Virus record (IMG/VR): IMGVR_UViG_3300006802_000110
Coordinates: 1-57,798 of that record
From: a virus
Taxonomy: Duplodnaviria; Caudoviricetes
Length of the DNA stretch: 57,798 nt
Direction: 5' to 3' (one strand)
The notes beneath the pieces were generated by a model. It did not search any database, was not told the DNA's origin, and saw nothing but the letters and a program-made list of their open reading frames with translations. Below, piece after piece: positions 33,923 to 45,810 of the stretch; the first letter of the stretch is position 1; every line of letters begins with the position of its first letter. Made by a program: the position numbers and the translations under genes.

Positions 33923-35911
33923 ATGGCAGTGAGTCAATCGATTACTAAAAAATTTACTCCAAATTATAAGGACGTAAACTATCTTGCCAAAAGCTTTCCA
34001 GAATTTCGGCAAAATTTGATCGAATTCGCGCGATCATATTACCCAAATACATACACCGATTTTAATGAAGCCTCTCCCGGCATGATGTTTATTGAAATGG
34101 CAGCATATGTTGGTGATGTCATGTCATTTTATATTGATAATCAATTCAAAGAAAACTTACTAGCATACGCAACTGAACGACAAAATATCATTGCTATTTC
34201 TCAAGCACTTGGATATAAACCACGATTAGCCGCTCCTGCTGTTGTAGAGGCCACCATATACCAATTGGTACCGGCACTGGGAACAAGTGATCAGTACGAG
34301 CCGGACGGTAGATATTACCAAAAAATATTAATAGACTCACGATTCTCCACTAACACACCGCCAACTCAGGTATTTCGATCTACCGAAGAAGTTGATTTTT
34401 CAGATCCAAGCAACAGAGTGTTGCGGGTGTTTACACGAGATGTAAGTACTAGTGCTCCGACCAATTACATCGCATCTAAGCCTATTAAATTAATTGCCGC
34501 AGACACAAGAACGGCAACATTTACATTTGGATCGGCACAAAAGTTTACAACAATAGAAATACCAGAAACAAACGTAATTGGTGTTGTAAGTGTAGTTGAT
34601 AGTGACGGCAACGATTGGTCGGAAGTTGATTTCTTGGGACAGGACATTGTTATAGAAGAACGTGATATTACGCCACGAGACGTTTCTGGATTTGTTACAT
34701 CAAGCAATACTACATTTGATGCGCCGCCCCCATCAAACATTATATTACTAAAACGTAAACCGCGCAGATTTGTAACACGAATAAACACAAATTTGAGAAT
34801 GGAATTATTGTTCGGGTCTGGAGATGGGATGGCAGAAGAAGACGTTATAACACTTAACGCAAATCAAATCGCAAACACCAAATATAACCAAACCATCAGT
34901 AATACGTCAATTGATCCGGCAGATTTTCTTAGTTCCGACACCTTTGGTTTGGCTCCCGCAAATACTACGTTAACCGTCACATATTTGGTGGGTGGTGGAA
35001 TAGAGTCAAACGTCCTTTCAAATACAATAACACGAACTGAATTAGTTAATTTACAAAACCAAGTAACTGACTACGCTCCAACAGAACAATCACTATTTCT
35101 AACAGTAGTGGATAGCATTGCGATCAACAATGAACAACCAGCTACCGGAGGTGGTGATGTAGAAACCATTGAGGAAATTCGTCAAAATGCACTAGCATTC
35201 TTTAATGCTCAAAATAGAGTCGTAACTGATCAAGATTATGTCGTTCGTACACTTTCAATGCCACCAAAATTTGGGAGCATTGCAAAAGTATTCGTAGTTC
35301 GTGACGAACAAATTAACGCAATCGCCACAAGTGATTCTGGGTCGCTCACGGTTAACAACGACGAAAATCCGTTCAATAACAGATCATATGTTCAAGATCC
35401 GGTAGCACCAAATGCAGTTAATTTATACCTACTTGGGTATAATTCAGAGAAAAAACTGGTAACGGTAAATTCTCTTGTAAAAAATAATATTAAGAAATAT
35501 CTTGAACAATATAGAATGTTGACTGATGATGTGAATATTGTTGACGCATTTGTGGTGAACATTGGTGTCGAGTTCAACGTTGTAGTATACAGAAACTACA
35601 ATATGAATGATGTACTGGCACGTTGCATCGATGCAATCAACAACTTTTTTGATATTGACAAGTGGCAAATCAATCAACCCATCATTCTTAATGATTTACG
35701 GTTAACAATTGGATCGGTTGACGGAGTACAAACGGTAACGAATGTGAATGTATTCAACAAATATCGTTTTCAGGATGGGCGAGATTATCAAGAATATCGG
35801 TATCCTATTGACGAAGCTGTTGTAGATGACATTATTTATCCATCGCTTGATCCATGCATATTTGAAATTCGCTACCCAGATACCGATATTATCGGTAATG
35901 CACGCCAATAG
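33923..35911 (+). CDS. Baseplate wedge protein (gp6/J-like)
   Basis: YTDFNEASPGMMFIEMAAYVGDVMSFYID; GGGDVETIEEIR..A..FFNAQNRVVT..DY. Confidence 0.9.
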   Translation: MAVSQSITKKFTPNYKDVNYLAKSFPEFRQNLIEFARSYYPNTYTDFNEASPGMMFIEMAAYVGDVMSFYIDNQFKENLLAYATERQNIIAISQALGYKPRLAAPAVVEATIYQLVPALGTSDQYEPDGRYYQKILIDSRFSTNTPPTQVFRSTEEVDFSDPSNRVLRVFTRDVSTSAPTNYIASKPIKLIAADTRTATFTFGSAQKFTTIEIPETNVIGVVSVVDSDGNDWSEVDFLGQDIVIEERDITPRDVSGFVTSSNTTFDAPPPSNIILLKRKPRRFVTRINTNLRMELLFGSGDGMAEEDVITLNANQIANTKYNQTISNTSIDPADFLSSDTFGLAPANTTLTVTYLVGGGIESNVLSNTITRTELVNLQNQVTDYAPTEQSLFLTVVDSIAINNEQPATGGGDVETIEEIRQNALAFFNAQNRVVTDQDYVVRTLSMPPKFGSIAKVFVVRDEQINAIATSDSGSLTVNNDENPFNNRSYVQDPVAPNAVNLYLLGYNSEKKLVTVNSLVKNNIKKYLEQYRMLTDDVNIVDAFVVNIGVEFNVVVYRNYNMNDVLARCIDAINNFFDIDKWQINQPIILNDLRLTIGSVDGVQTVTNVNVFNKYRFQDGRDYQEYRYPIDEAVVDDIIYPSLDPCIFEIRYPDTDIIGNARQ

Positions 35912-35920
35912 AGATAAGAC

Positions 35921-36961
35921 ATGAGAACGTACATTACTCCAACACAAGATGCTACCATATATCAACGATATCCCTCAAGTAATTCTGGGTTAGATGAAAT
36001 ATTGGAAGTTGGAAAACTTATCAAACCACTTGATGGCAATAACATGTATGCATCAGGATCGGTTCGAGCACTCATTAACTTTGATATTGCTAGCGGTTCT
36101 GCATACCCGTCAACAGCAAAATATTATCTTAAGTTATATCTCGCAACCGCAAACGATGTCAATCGATATCAAGAAATTGAAGCATACCCCGTGTCTCGTA
36201 GTTGGGTTGAGGGAAGTGGTTACTTCTATCAAGATGTACAAAACGCAACGGATGGAGTATCGTGGCAATCCGCAAGTGCAGATCAATTGTGGGCAACCTC
36301 TGGTAGTGACTTTACCACGGCTGTCAGCGGCACGGTTACGTTGTCCGCATTTCCACTCACGGACATTCGTATAGAAGTAACCGATATTATTGCGCCGGTA
36401 GTTAGTGGATCAAATACAACGCCATGGAATGGATTACTGTTAAAATTCCCAACCACCGATGAACAAGATTCACGTAACAAAGGAAACCTCAAATTCTTCT
36501 CCAGCAACACACACACCGTATTTGGCCCACGGTTGGAAATTGTGTGGAGTAGTCAATCATTTAGTACCGGTAGTTTAAAGCCAATACCAAACAGTAACAT
36601 TACTGTAACTCCAAAAAATTTAAAAGAAGCATATACACAAGGTGAAATCGACAAAATTTACTTTGTTGTTAGAGATCCATATCCAGACAAGCGATATGAC
36701 GAGAAGCAACGATACAGAAACCAATACTACTTCCCTTCAGAATCATACTATAGAATTGTAGATCAAGTTTCTGGTGTTGTATTACAAGACTTTGATCCGT
36801 ATTCCGCAATTGATTGTGATGCTACTGGATCATACATTACATTAGATACCACTGGTTTAGACGTAAATCGATATTATGATATTGATCTTAAAATAAAACG
36901 CGGTGGCCTAGTGTTCTTCCCAGAGTTTACATATACATTTAAGGTAGATAACGATGATTGA
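35921..36961 (+). CDS. Virion structural protein (DNRLRE-like N-domain)
   Basis: DATIY...NSGLDEILEV...RALINFD...W.EG.G. Confidence 0.65.
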   Translation: MRTYITPTQDATIYQRYPSSNSGLDEILEVGKLIKPLDGNNMYASGSVRALINFDIASGSAYPSTAKYYLKLYLATANDVNRYQEIEAYPVSRSWVEGSGYFYQDVQNATDGVSWQSASADQLWATSGSDFTTAVSGTVTLSAFPLTDIRIEVTDIIAPVVSGSNTTPWNGLLLKFPTTDEQDSRNKGNLKFFSSNTHTVFGPRLEIVWSSQSFSTGSLKPIPNSNITVTPKNLKEAYTQGEIDKIYFVVRDPYPDKRYDEKQRYRNQYYFPSESYYRIVDQVSGVVLQDFDPYSAIDCDATGSYITLDTTGLDVNRYYDIDLKIKRGGLVFFPEFTYTFKVDNDD

Positions 36962-37328
36962 TATTTTGCGGTCGTACATACCAAAATATATTGTTGATTT
37001 AAATCGTGACAACGAAGACGTTATCACCGTATCAACGCAATATTTCTCACCATCGGGTGATGTGTATGAACTAGATAAACGAACCATCTCGCCAAGTGTA
37101 ATTCAAACAACACAATCACTTCAAGAATTACAACCGGAAGTATCAAATGTATATCCATTTGCGATTGTTCCGCCAAAGGATGTTGACGGATCAACCATTA
37201 TTGTAAGTCCAAGTATAGAAACGTTTCCGACTGCATCACAAAATTATTATGCACCTGTATATTTTGAACGATACAATTTTCAGATAATAAATCAAATTGA
37301 TAAAAGTTTTAATGAACTTACGGTTTAA
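36954..37328 (+). CDS. Putative structural protein
   Basis: In the structural operon. Confidence 0.6.
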   Translation: MIDILRSYIPKYIVDLNRDNEDVITVSTQYFSPSGDVYELDKRTISPSVIQTTQSLQELQPEVSNVYPFAIVPPKDVDGSTIIVSPSIETFPTASQNYYAPVYFERYNFQIINQIDKSFNELTV

Positions 37329-37335
37329 TTAATAT

Positions 37336-38199
37336 ATGCCAAATCAAGCAAACTTTCGAAGCGATGTCACCAACACTACAGATATAACATATCTAGCATC
37401 ACGTATTGTGCGAGTTCCGAGTGAAGCAATTTTCTTAGAAGAAGTGCCGGGAAGTTTTGCATATGACAACGAAGACAACATAGAGGTACATTTTTATTCT
37501 ATTCCCAAAAATGCATTGGTGCTAAGTACTACAACTAATCTCACTGATGAAATATTAAAATCTCATATTGTGAGTTATCAAGATGGTACGTATAAAAATT
37601 ATATAAGAATAGACTTTACAAAATTGTTTGAACAAAACTCACTGTTGCTGGTTCCGGGTGATTATCGCATGGTTGTAAACTTTTTTTCGGATGAAATTGG
37701 CAATTACACCAATCGTAAAATGTCTATCACCAACATTAGTGAAACTCGTACTGAAGTAGAATTAGCATTTAACGATTCGGTTGACGAAGTGACTCGGGTA
37801 CAAAATCAACGATTGTTGTATGAGTTTGTTGAACCATCGTTCACGAAACCAGATGCGGTTGGAGTAGCTCAAAAAATATTTGAATCTGGTGTGGAACTAC
37901 AAAATCCAGACGAAGGTGTAACTTCAACAAACATTATTGATAACATTGCGGTTCCAGCAGAAGAACAAACATTTGAAAATACGATTGCTAGAGTTGAACG
38001 AATTAATAATCTACCAATCTTTCAAGAGCAACTTAACGATTTTATTATGACGTTGTTCGATTCGGTTCGAGAAGAATTAGTCGTCAATGGAGATGAACGA
38101 ATTCAAGAACCAGAATTTCAAGAATTTATAGAAAAAGTTGTTAATACAAAAATTACTAACTTGCGGCAAACCGTAGATCCGCGTATAAAAATACGATAA
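37336..38199 (+). CDS. Putative structural protein
   Basis: ISETRTEVEL motif; operon context. Confidence 0.65.
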   Translation: MPNQANFRSDVTNTTDITYLASRIVRVPSEAIFLEEVPGSFAYDNEDNIEVHFYSIPKNALVLSTTTNLTDEILKSHIVSYQDGTYKNYIRIDFTKLFEQNSLLLVPGDYRMVVNFFSDEIGNYTNRKMSITNISETRTEVELAFNDSVDEVTRVQNQRLLYEFVEPSFTKPDAVGVAQKIFESGVELQNPDEGVTSTNIIDNIAVPAEEQTFENTIARVERINNLPIFQEQLNDFIMTLFDSVREELVVNGDERIQEPEFQEFIEKVVNTKITNLRQTVDPRIKIR

Positions 38200-38215
38200 A
38201 CAATAGGATAATTTT

Positions 38216-38845
38216 ATGACAGCACCGTATAATTTGGAAGCCGATTTTGGTTCTGTGGGAGGAGATGCTAGTGTCAGCACCACAGGAGCAACAGAAACTC
38301 GCGTGACCCTGCAATATGACACCGCACAAGGAAATGTAGACATTCAGGGCGGATTGGTGGGCACCACCGGTCGGCAAGTCACACTAACCGCATATCCCCG
38401 CACTGGATACGTATTTAGCTATTGGGAAACTGTTTCCGCACCAGCACTTGAAAATATAACGTTTGGTGTATTCACTGGTCAAGGAACCATTAATGGAAGA
38501 GCACGACCATTTGTTCAATCTGTTCCGCTTGGTACGGCAATTGCAGTTGATTGTATACCAGCAGCAGGATACCAATTTGACAAAGCTGAAACGTTCGATG
38601 CAGCTGGAAATTCTTTAGCAAGAATAATTCAACCATCATTTACTGTTTATGCAAACGGTCAATTGGAAGAAGTGAGGGCATATTTTACATCAACCGCGGC
38701 TACACCCGAATCACCGACACAAGAACCGTTGGGGACGACGACAGAGACTACTGATGGTAGAACTGGCGTCTCGACAACAACCACATATTCAACAGCAACC
38801 GGCACGGACACAGTTTCCCCAACCGGCAGAGAACTTTTTGAATAA
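38216..38845 (+). CDS. Structural protein with InlB B-repeat-like domains
   Basis: VTLTAYPRTGYVFSYW and PAAGYQFD repeats. Confidence 0.7.
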   Translation: MTAPYNLEADFGSVGGDASVSTTGATETRVTLQYDTAQGNVDIQGGLVGTTGRQVTLTAYPRTGYVFSYWETVSAPALENITFGVFTGQGTINGRARPFVQSVPLGTAIAVDCIPAAGYQFDKAETFDAAGNSLARIIQPSFTVYANGQLEEVRAYFTSTAATPESPTQEPLGTTTETTDGRTGVSTTTTYSTATGTDTVSPTGRELFE

Positions 38846-38868
38846 ACCATAAATTTGGACATCTAAAT

Positions 38869-40008
38869 ATGGCACAATTTACAAACAATCCGCTCACAAT
38901 AACGGCTAATGCTGACACCGAAGTTCGTGCAGTATTCATTGCCGCTCCCTTGCCACCACCGCCACAAGAATCAATCCAAGGATTCTATAATGTGGTGGTA
39001 TCAACAGACACACCAAATTATGGATCAGTTGCACTAACTGGATTAAGTGGATCACCAACAAGAACCAACTCCAGTATTAGTGGAAGAGTAGAATTAGGCA
39101 ACAACTTTACGATTGCAGCTAATTCGTTGAGTGGTTATCGATTTTCATATTGGAATTTTTATGTGCAACGTGCAAACGGTGAAGGATCATTTACTTCTAG
39201 ATTTACTGACGCAAACCCGTTTGAATTTTCTACTCTTGATGAAGGCGCAACACTAACATTTGTTGCAGTATTTGAACCAGTTTTACTTCCACAACCGTCT
39301 GTAGCTGTACAACAATATTTGGTACAATTATTACCACAACCATCTTCACGTGGATCTGTATTTACTGAAGGTGGAACACTTAGCGGACTAACCGTGTTTA
39401 AGCAGGTACCAGCCGACAATACAATTAGTATACAAGCAACCCCGGCACAGGGAAGCAGATTTAAACACTGGTACAACCCAACTACGGGTAACGTAGTATC
39501 TACATCAAGTACTTCGACAATTCGCGTAACAGCAGATATTACATTGTGGGCGGTATTTGAAGAAATTCCTCCTCAACCGTCACCAAGTCCATCGGCACAA
39601 ATAACAATACAATGGCGTAGTTGTATTGACGGAATTTTAAGAGATGGAACTGCTCCTTTTGGATATAGGGAAGTAGAATATACCGGAGCTGGCGGCGGAA
39701 TGTGTTGGGAACCAATTACGGATGTTACGTTTCAACCAAACTTAGCAACAGCATTGTTGTTCAAGTATCAACGTGGATCGTCCGAATACCCACAACCAGT
39801 CACAGTTACCGCAACAAATCCAGCGTATGGAACCAGTTATAAAGTTACATTGAAAACCAATCCAGACGTTATTATTACTCCCAGTGCGTTTACATTAGAT
39901 CCACGCGGATCGAAGCAATTTGTGGTAAATGTTACGCCACAACTACTAGAAAAACTTGGAGACGGAGAATCTACATTGCGACTCGACGTAGAAGTGTCAC
40001 AGGTATAA
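38869..40008 (+). CDS. Structural protein with InlB B-repeat-like domains
   Basis: AANSLSGYRFSYW and QATPAQGSRFKHW...AVFE repeats. Confidence 0.7.
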   Translation: MAQFTNNPLTITANADTEVRAVFIAAPLPPPPQESIQGFYNVVVSTDTPNYGSVALTGLSGSPTRTNSSISGRVELGNNFTIAANSLSGYRFSYWNFYVQRANGEGSFTSRFTDANPFEFSTLDEGATLTFVAVFEPVLLPQPSVAVQQYLVQLLPQPSSRGSVFTEGGTLSGLTVFKQVPADNTISIQATPAQGSRFKHWYNPTTGNVVSTSSTSTIRVTADITLWAVFEEIPPQPSPSPSAQITIQWRSCIDGILRDGTAPFGYREVEYTGAGGGMCWEPITDVTFQPNLATALLFKYQRGSSEYPQPVTVTATNPAYGTSYKVTLKTNPDVIITPSAFTLDPRGSKQFVVNVTPQLLEKLGDGESTLRLDVEVSQV

Positions 40009-40011
40009 TCT

Positions 40012-40506
40012 ATGGCAATTAAAAACTTTGTTACCGGGGAAGTTCCCTATCTGATAAGTTATCAACCGTATCAACTAACAGCGGAACAGTCCGAGTGCGT
40101 ATTGGTTGATGATATGGTGTCAATAGATCTTCAACCGAACATTGCTCCGACACAAATTATGTATTACGTTGGAGCTGAACAAAACTATAGTACATCAATT
40201 AACGTAAAAAATATTACCACTAATGCCACATTATCTGTTTCCATGAGATTTTTTGAGAAATTATTCATAGTAACGCCGACATATTTACCTAATGTAATGA
40301 AGTTTGAATTGGAACCACAAGAATCACAAATCATAACGATTGAATTAAATAAAAATTCTTTAGATACATTTTCGGAATATGAAAAGTTTGACATAAAATT
40401 ACCATTGACAATAAAAAATATTTCAAACGGCACCGTAGTAACAAAAAGCACAACCGTGAGTTTGTTAGAACCAACCACATTGCCCTCACAAGTAACAGTT
40501 GAATAA
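40012..40506 (+). CDS. Putative structural protein (Ig-like)
   Basis: Beta-rich; operon context. Confidence 0.6.
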   Translation: MAIKNFVTGEVPYLISYQPYQLTAEQSECVLVDDMVSIDLQPNIAPTQIMYYVGAEQNYSTSINVKNITTNATLSVSMRFFEKLFIVTPTYLPNVMKFELEPQESQIITIELNKNSLDTFSEYEKFDIKLPLTIKNISNGTVVTKSTTVSLLEPTTLPSQVTVE

Positions 40507-40507
40507 T

Positions 40508-43500
40508 ATGACAACGTTCATTGCTCCTATACGAATACAAATTTCTGCGGTAAAAATACCAACAACAATTTCTAATAAAATTGTTATTGCCATTTCGCCA
40601 ATTACGGAGCAGTCACAAACAACTGTAGAATATGATCTTGCTCTAAATACCAATCCAATCGAAATAAACATTTCAGAACCGTTGATAACATCGGCATATG
40701 AATTTTTGCGGGAAGCAATACAAAATTATATTGATGAAGAGCGTGAATTAAAAACACTTCTCAATTACGGAGAAGATAGACAATCAGTTATTCTTGCAAA
40801 ACGGTATGGTGCAACCCAAGGAACGGTTCAACTAAAATTGTTACAGCCAGTACCAAATGAAATTGATATAAATACCACTACATTTTTAAGTAGAGAAGTT
40901 GTTAAAACACTAATTGATAAAGTTCGTGTACGGTTTGCTCCAGTATTAGACGCTACACCATACTTACGTCCACGAAATTCTTACGTAAAAGCCGATCTTG
41001 ATTCTGGTAAATCGTTGAAAAATGTGACAATTAGACTATTGTCCCTAGAATCGGGATCACGAGGAGCAAAAGACGGATATCAAAACTTTACGTTTGAAGA
41101 TCAAATATTTAGACGGTGGTATTCATACGATTTTAATTCGGCAGAACTAAACATCGACTTTACGGATTACAATAACTTCATATTCTATGGGTCAGCAAAA
41201 ATGCGGTTGGCTGCATTCCAAGAAAAGCTGAAATTATTGGAAAACATTGAACTAAAACGTTTACAATTTGTTACATCTTCAATTACGGGTAGTGAAGCAC
41301 TTCTTGGTAGAGTTTACTTACAAGAGCAATCCGCAGATTTTGCAAAACAAAAAGAAGATATTATTCGTAACTTTGATCGTTACGAACAATACCTGTACTT
41401 CACACCATCGGGATCAAATAGTCCATACACCGCGTCCGCATATTACGCAGACGAAGAATTTGAATATAATCCGATAGGATACTGGCCAAAAGACATATCT
41501 GGTAGTCTATATTCACCATACGCAGCTGAATCAATTGCGTGGTACACAACACAAAGTGCTATAGCACAGCGGTTTGATGATTTTAATGAAAATAACATCA
41601 TCAACACCATTCCAACACACGTTCGGGAGGATGAAGAGTCTGCTGCATATATTACGTTTGTAGCAATGGTCGGCCATTTCTTTGATTTGATCAAACCATA
41701 TGTCGATCAAATGCCATACATTTACAATCGTAATATTGATCCTAATACGGGACTTTCAAAAGATTTGGTTGCCAACATTGCAGAAGCAGTTGGATTCAAA
41801 CTACCTACGTTATATTCTGTATACAGTTTAAGTGATGATATTCTCGGAACAGCAGACGAATCTTCTCGACGAGATTTTACGGTTGAAACGTATAAGCGAT
41901 TGTTACACAACCTTCCATTCTTTGCAAAAGCAAAGGGTACCCGCAGTGCTTTACAAACATTCTTACGTTCGTTTGGTATAACGCCACAATTACTTGATGT
42001 CAAAGAAAGTGGAACGCCTACGACAAGTTCGTATTACGTTTTTGATGAATTTAGTACCGGGCTAGACTTTGACGAGGGCAGCTCAAACTATATTATCTTG
42101 CCAATATCGGCATCACGAAGAAATCCAAAGTCAATTCAATTTAATCTTACTGTAGCAAAAAATAAATCAATGACCGTCCTAAACGGCGACGACAAGTGGG
42201 CACTAAATGTAGCAGTGCATCCGTCCTCATCCGATTACGGTAGATTTGAAATTGTCTCGGGAAGCACCGTAATATTATCTAGTAGCTATGAACAAATTTT
42301 TGGTGATGAGCTACTCAGTATTGCAATTAGAACATACGACACGGGATCATATGCAAACTTGTTTGTTACGCAAGTTTATGGTGAAGATGTGTTGTTTACA
42401 TCAACGATGTCTGAACCAACAAACGCAAACGTGTTTGTTCCCTTGTGGTCATCCAGTAATGAAATGTATATCGGAGGATCGGGATCACTTGTGGTCAGTA
42501 ATTTTGATGGCACGATTGACGAAGTACGTTTGTGGGGAATCAATTTATCAAATGAAATGACAATCAACAACGCATTTGATCCGGGTTCAAGTGCAGGCGA
42601 TACCTATCAAGATGCAGTCGATTATTTATACGCTCAATTATCGTTTAATTTGATTAATACCGCAAGCTTACCACTACTTCCAAATGAAAGTCCGTACAAG
42701 AATATATCCGCGTTCCCCAACCTGACCAGCATCGGATCGTCAAACACCACTACCGCTGATCTCATACGATACAGTAGAACGGTACGTCAATTGGTTTCTG
42801 AGGCCGGCTCCACCGGTTACTTAACCAATAAAATTGTTGTAAAGACGCCCGCCGTTTTCAATCTAGATAGTATTGACAAACACGGAGTAAAAACACTATC
42901 ACGTACTAAGAGTATTGTTGCGCCGGAAACTAAAAGAATTCAACGTGGTCGCAATAAGGTAATCTTGACGACATCACCAACTGAAATTATTAATCAAAAC
43001 ATTGTACGTAATTTAGGATTAGAAAACATCAATGCTGTGCTGGGCGCTCCATCCGATCTTTACAATAACTTTACGACCAGTTTAAAGTCTTTGCGATCAT
43101 ATTACGAACAATATTACTACGTTAGTGTAAACTTTAACCGATACATCAGAATTCTTTCTGAAGTTGGTTCGGTCATCGATCAAGTCGTTGGATACTTTAT
43201 TCCATCAAAAGCAACATTACTCAAAGGAATTGTAATTGAACCAAATATTCTTGAACAAACCAAAATTCCGCCAATAAAAAATTTACGGTTCTATGGAGCT
43301 GGCACTCGCAAAACTCTCGGTGCAAAAGGATCATTGACCGGCAGTAAAGCAGATTACGGCGCAACTTTCAATCTAAGTAAAACAATTGAACTTATTGATG
43401 ACACAACTGTTCTTGGTAAAAACAATACGCATATGACCGAATTAGAATCATATGATTTGGTTGAGCTAGTTGGTAAGAAAACTAATTTTACTGGACAAGT

Positions 43501-45094
43501 AACATCATCGCTCATTTCAATTAAGTCGGATAAAGAAAATTATAAGGGAGAACTTGAGCTATATAATCGACAAACCACATCGGGCAGTTACGGCACGTTC
43601 AAGGGTATAGTCGAAGAACAAAATCCAACCACAATTCAAGGCAAAGTTCCATATTATACTGGATCGGTTGAAGAAGCAAACACGGGCACAGTTCGTGCAA
43701 ATTATGAAACGTATGATATACAACATGAGTCATGGAAAGACTTTATAAGTCAATCACTCAAACTCAAACCAAAACGTAAGTCAAGAATAGACACAGAGAT
43801 TACGAAACTTAACAAAATTTCTTATAATTCCACCAACAAAGGAAGTGAGGGAGCAGAACCATACAATAGAATATATCCAAGAAAACTAACAGAATCGGAA
43901 TTTACGCGTATTACGAGTCACGAAGGACCAATTTTATATCAACAAGCGTTGTACGACATCCCACCAAGTACAGATTTTAGAGATGTGGGTGTTTATACGT
44001 ACTTCTCGCAACCAGAGGGAATTTACTATTTCCCGGAAACAATAAAAATTCCAGCATATCGACAGCCGATAAACTTTGCCGCAGCAACTTCGTGGTCTTA
44101 CGGTACACGATACAACATGTATGATGTAGTATATCAGGATGTGACAACAGACAATATTGAACTAGGCACACTCACGGGAGCAGCTCGAGCAGGCAATGGT
44201 CGCTATTACGTATTTACCACACGACCATCATATGTTTCGTCGAGTGACGGCAGCGCATTCTATTCGGGAAGCGTGCCCTCATACATTCCCCCCTCACTTG
44301 ACAAAGCAAACTGGGATTTGTTACGATTTACTCCAATTGAAAGACGGGTGCCAAGAAGAATTGTATTTGACACATTTACGATCACCGATCCAGCACTAAA
44401 TAATTACCGAGTAACCACAATCGATATTAATAAGATTATTGACATTCCAGATAGATATGTTGATTCGTTTGACGTAGCATCTGTTGCCGGAAATTCATAT
44501 GCAACTGGTCAAATTGCGTTACAAAACATTGCAGCATTTTTTGCAGCACAATCTAATAATACCAACATTCGCTTGCGCCTATATAGAACTGCTAACAACC
44601 GAGATGCAGACATAACCAGAACAATTGATACCAGACCCACGGGTAATCATGGGGTTTTATTGGATATGTTCTTTGATCAGTCCGGTACCGCAAAATTCAT
44701 TAATCCGATTACCACTGTGGTAGCAGATGAAAATCCTCCAAGCGGCATCACATTTTATACGATAGATAACTTGGACAGTACTCCAAAAAGTAGTATTACG
44801 ATTTTGTTATTCTATTTTGCAATAGAAATCGAAACCAGAGTTCCAACCGGATATCTTCGGAAACATTATCGATTCTTTAGGGATAACTCTACAGGAACAA
44901 AGCGCAGAAATCACTTGGGTTGTAAGTTTACGATTACTGGATATGCATCTGATGGTACCCCTGTTTGGGACACCATTGACGGACAACCACCAGTTCAAGT
45001 TTTCCTCAGCGAAGGAACCGAAGTCACGGTTGCACCGACTATTTCGAACACGGAAATCCAGACAGGTGGGGGCGGGGTACTCAACGTAACGTAA
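40508..45094 (+). CDS. Large baseplate/tail protein with LamG-like domain
   Basis: HNLPFFAKAKGTRSALQ tail motif; FDGTIDEVRLWG LamG motif. Confidence 0.75.
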   Translation: MTTFIAPIRIQISAVKIPTTISNKIVIAISPITEQSQTTVEYDLALNTNPIEINISEPLITSAYEFLREAIQNYIDEERELKTLLNYGEDRQSVILAKRYGATQGTVQLKLLQPVPNEIDINTTTFLSREVVKTLIDKVRVRFAPVLDATPYLRPRNSYVKADLDSGKSLKNVTIRLLSLESGSRGAKDGYQNFTFEDQIFRRWYSYDFNSAELNIDFTDYNNFIFYGSAKMRLAAFQEKLKLLENIELKRLQFVTSSITGSEALLGRVYLQEQSADFAKQKEDIIRNFDRYEQYLYFTPSGSNSPYTASAYYADEEFEYNPIGYWPKDISGSLYSPYAAESIAWYTTQSAIAQRFDDFNENNIINTIPTHVREDEESAAYITFVAMVGHFFDLIKPYVDQMPYIYNRNIDPNTGLSKDLVANIAEAVGFKLPTLYSVYSLSDDILGTADESSRRDFTVETYKRLLHNLPFFAKAKGTRSALQTFLRSFGITPQLLDVKESGTPTTSSYYVFDEFSTGLDFDEGSSNYIILPISASRRNPKSIQFNLTVAKNKSMTVLNGDDKWALNVAVHPSSSDYGRFEIVSGSTVILSSSYEQIFGDELLSIAIRTYDTGSYANLFVTQVYGEDVLFTSTMSEPTNANVFVPLWSSSNEMYIGGSGSLVVSNFDGTIDEVRLWGINLSNEMTINNAFDPGSSAGDTYQDAVDYLYAQLSFNLINTASLPLLPNESPYKNISAFPNLTSIGSSNTTTADLIRYSRTVRQLVSEAGSTGYLTNKIVVKTPAVFNLDSIDKHGVKTLSRTKSIVAPETKRIQRGRNKVILTTSPTEIINQNIVRNLGLENINAVLGAPSDLYNNFTTSLKSLRSYYEQYYYVSVNFNRYIRILSEVGSVIDQVVGYFIPSKATLLKGIVIEPNILEQTKIPPIKNLRFYGAGTRKTLGAKGSLTGSKADYGATFNLSKTIELIDDTTVLGKNNTHMTELESYDLVELVGKKTNFTGQVTSSLISIKSDKENYKGELELYNRQTTSGSYGTFKGIVEEQNPTTIQGKVPYYTGSVEEANTGTVRANYETYDIQHESWKDFISQSLKLKPKRKSRIDTEITKLNKISYNSTNKGSEGAEPYNRIYPRKLTESEFTRITSHEGPILYQQALYDIPPSTDFRDVGVYTYFSQPEGIYYFPETIKIPAYRQPINFAAATSWSYGTRYNMYDVVYQDVTTDNIELGTLTGAARAGNGRYYVFTTRPSYVSSSDGSAFYSGSVPSYIPPSLDKANWDLLRFTPIERRVPRRIVFDTFTITDPALNNYRVTTIDINKIIDIPDRYVDSFDVASVAGNSYATGQIALQNIAAFFAAQSNNTNIRLRLYRTANNRDADITRTIDTRPTGNHGVLLDMFFDQSGTAKFINPITTVVADENPPSGITFYTIDNLDSTPKSSITILLFYFAIEIETRVPTGYLRKHYRFFRDNSTGTKRRNHLGCKFTITGYASDGTPVWDTIDGQPPVQVFLSEGTEVTVAPTISNTEIQTGGGGVLNVT

Positions 45095-45152
45095 CAAATC
45101 TTTAGACACTATATATTTATATTAGACCTCTTTTATATCGGAGTTACAAATT

Positions 45153-45791
45153 ATGGGATATTTAAATAACCAGACAGTTACCGTAGATGCGATTTTGACC
45201 AAAAAAGGACGGGAATTGCTTTCCCGTGGTCGGTCTGCATTTAACATTACTCAATTTGCCGTTGCGGATGACGAAATTGACTACGGTCTATATGACGTTG
45301 CCCACCCACTAGGAACAGAGTATTATGGGTCCGCAATCGAAAACATGCCGATTGTTGAGGCATCTCCCGACGAGACACAAAATCTTCGGTATAAGTTGGT
45401 CACACTAACACGCGGGACAAACTTTATTCCGACTATTCAAACTGGCATTTCGTCAATTAACTTGACATTTAGTAATACGCAAAATCCAGTTACCACGATT
45501 ACCCCAACTACTTCACAAGGATTGAACGCACTTCCATTTGGATATACGGCAGTCTTGTATGATCGGGAATCTGCGTTGTTAACAAGTAACGGATTGCCCG
45601 GTACCGCAACTGTACCAACATTCATTGGAGATTCGGTATCAAGTAACGCTGTAGTGGTGCAAGGTACTACGTTTACGATCTCACCACGGGACGTTACTAC
45701 CGTCACCGAAACGCAGTTAGTAATTATTGGTAATCAAACCGGTGCTTCGGTAACGATTCCAATTACCATCAATCCAGCCACCGTCATCTAA
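45153..45791 (+). CDS. Conserved virion (baseplate/tail) protein
   Basis: MGYLNN..VTVDAILTKKGRELL...ITQFAVADDEIDY. Confidence 0.7.
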   Translation: MGYLNNQTVTVDAILTKKGRELLSRGRSAFNITQFAVADDEIDYGLYDVAHPLGTEYYGSAIENMPIVEASPDETQNLRYKLVTLTRGTNFIPTIQTGISSINLTFSNTQNPVTTITPTTSQGLNALPFGYTAVLYDRESALLTSNGLPGTATVPTFIGDSVSSNAVVVQGTTFTISPRDVTTVTETQLVIIGNQTGASVTIPITINPATVI

Positions 45792-45810
45792 TCACGAAGC
45801 GAGATAACCT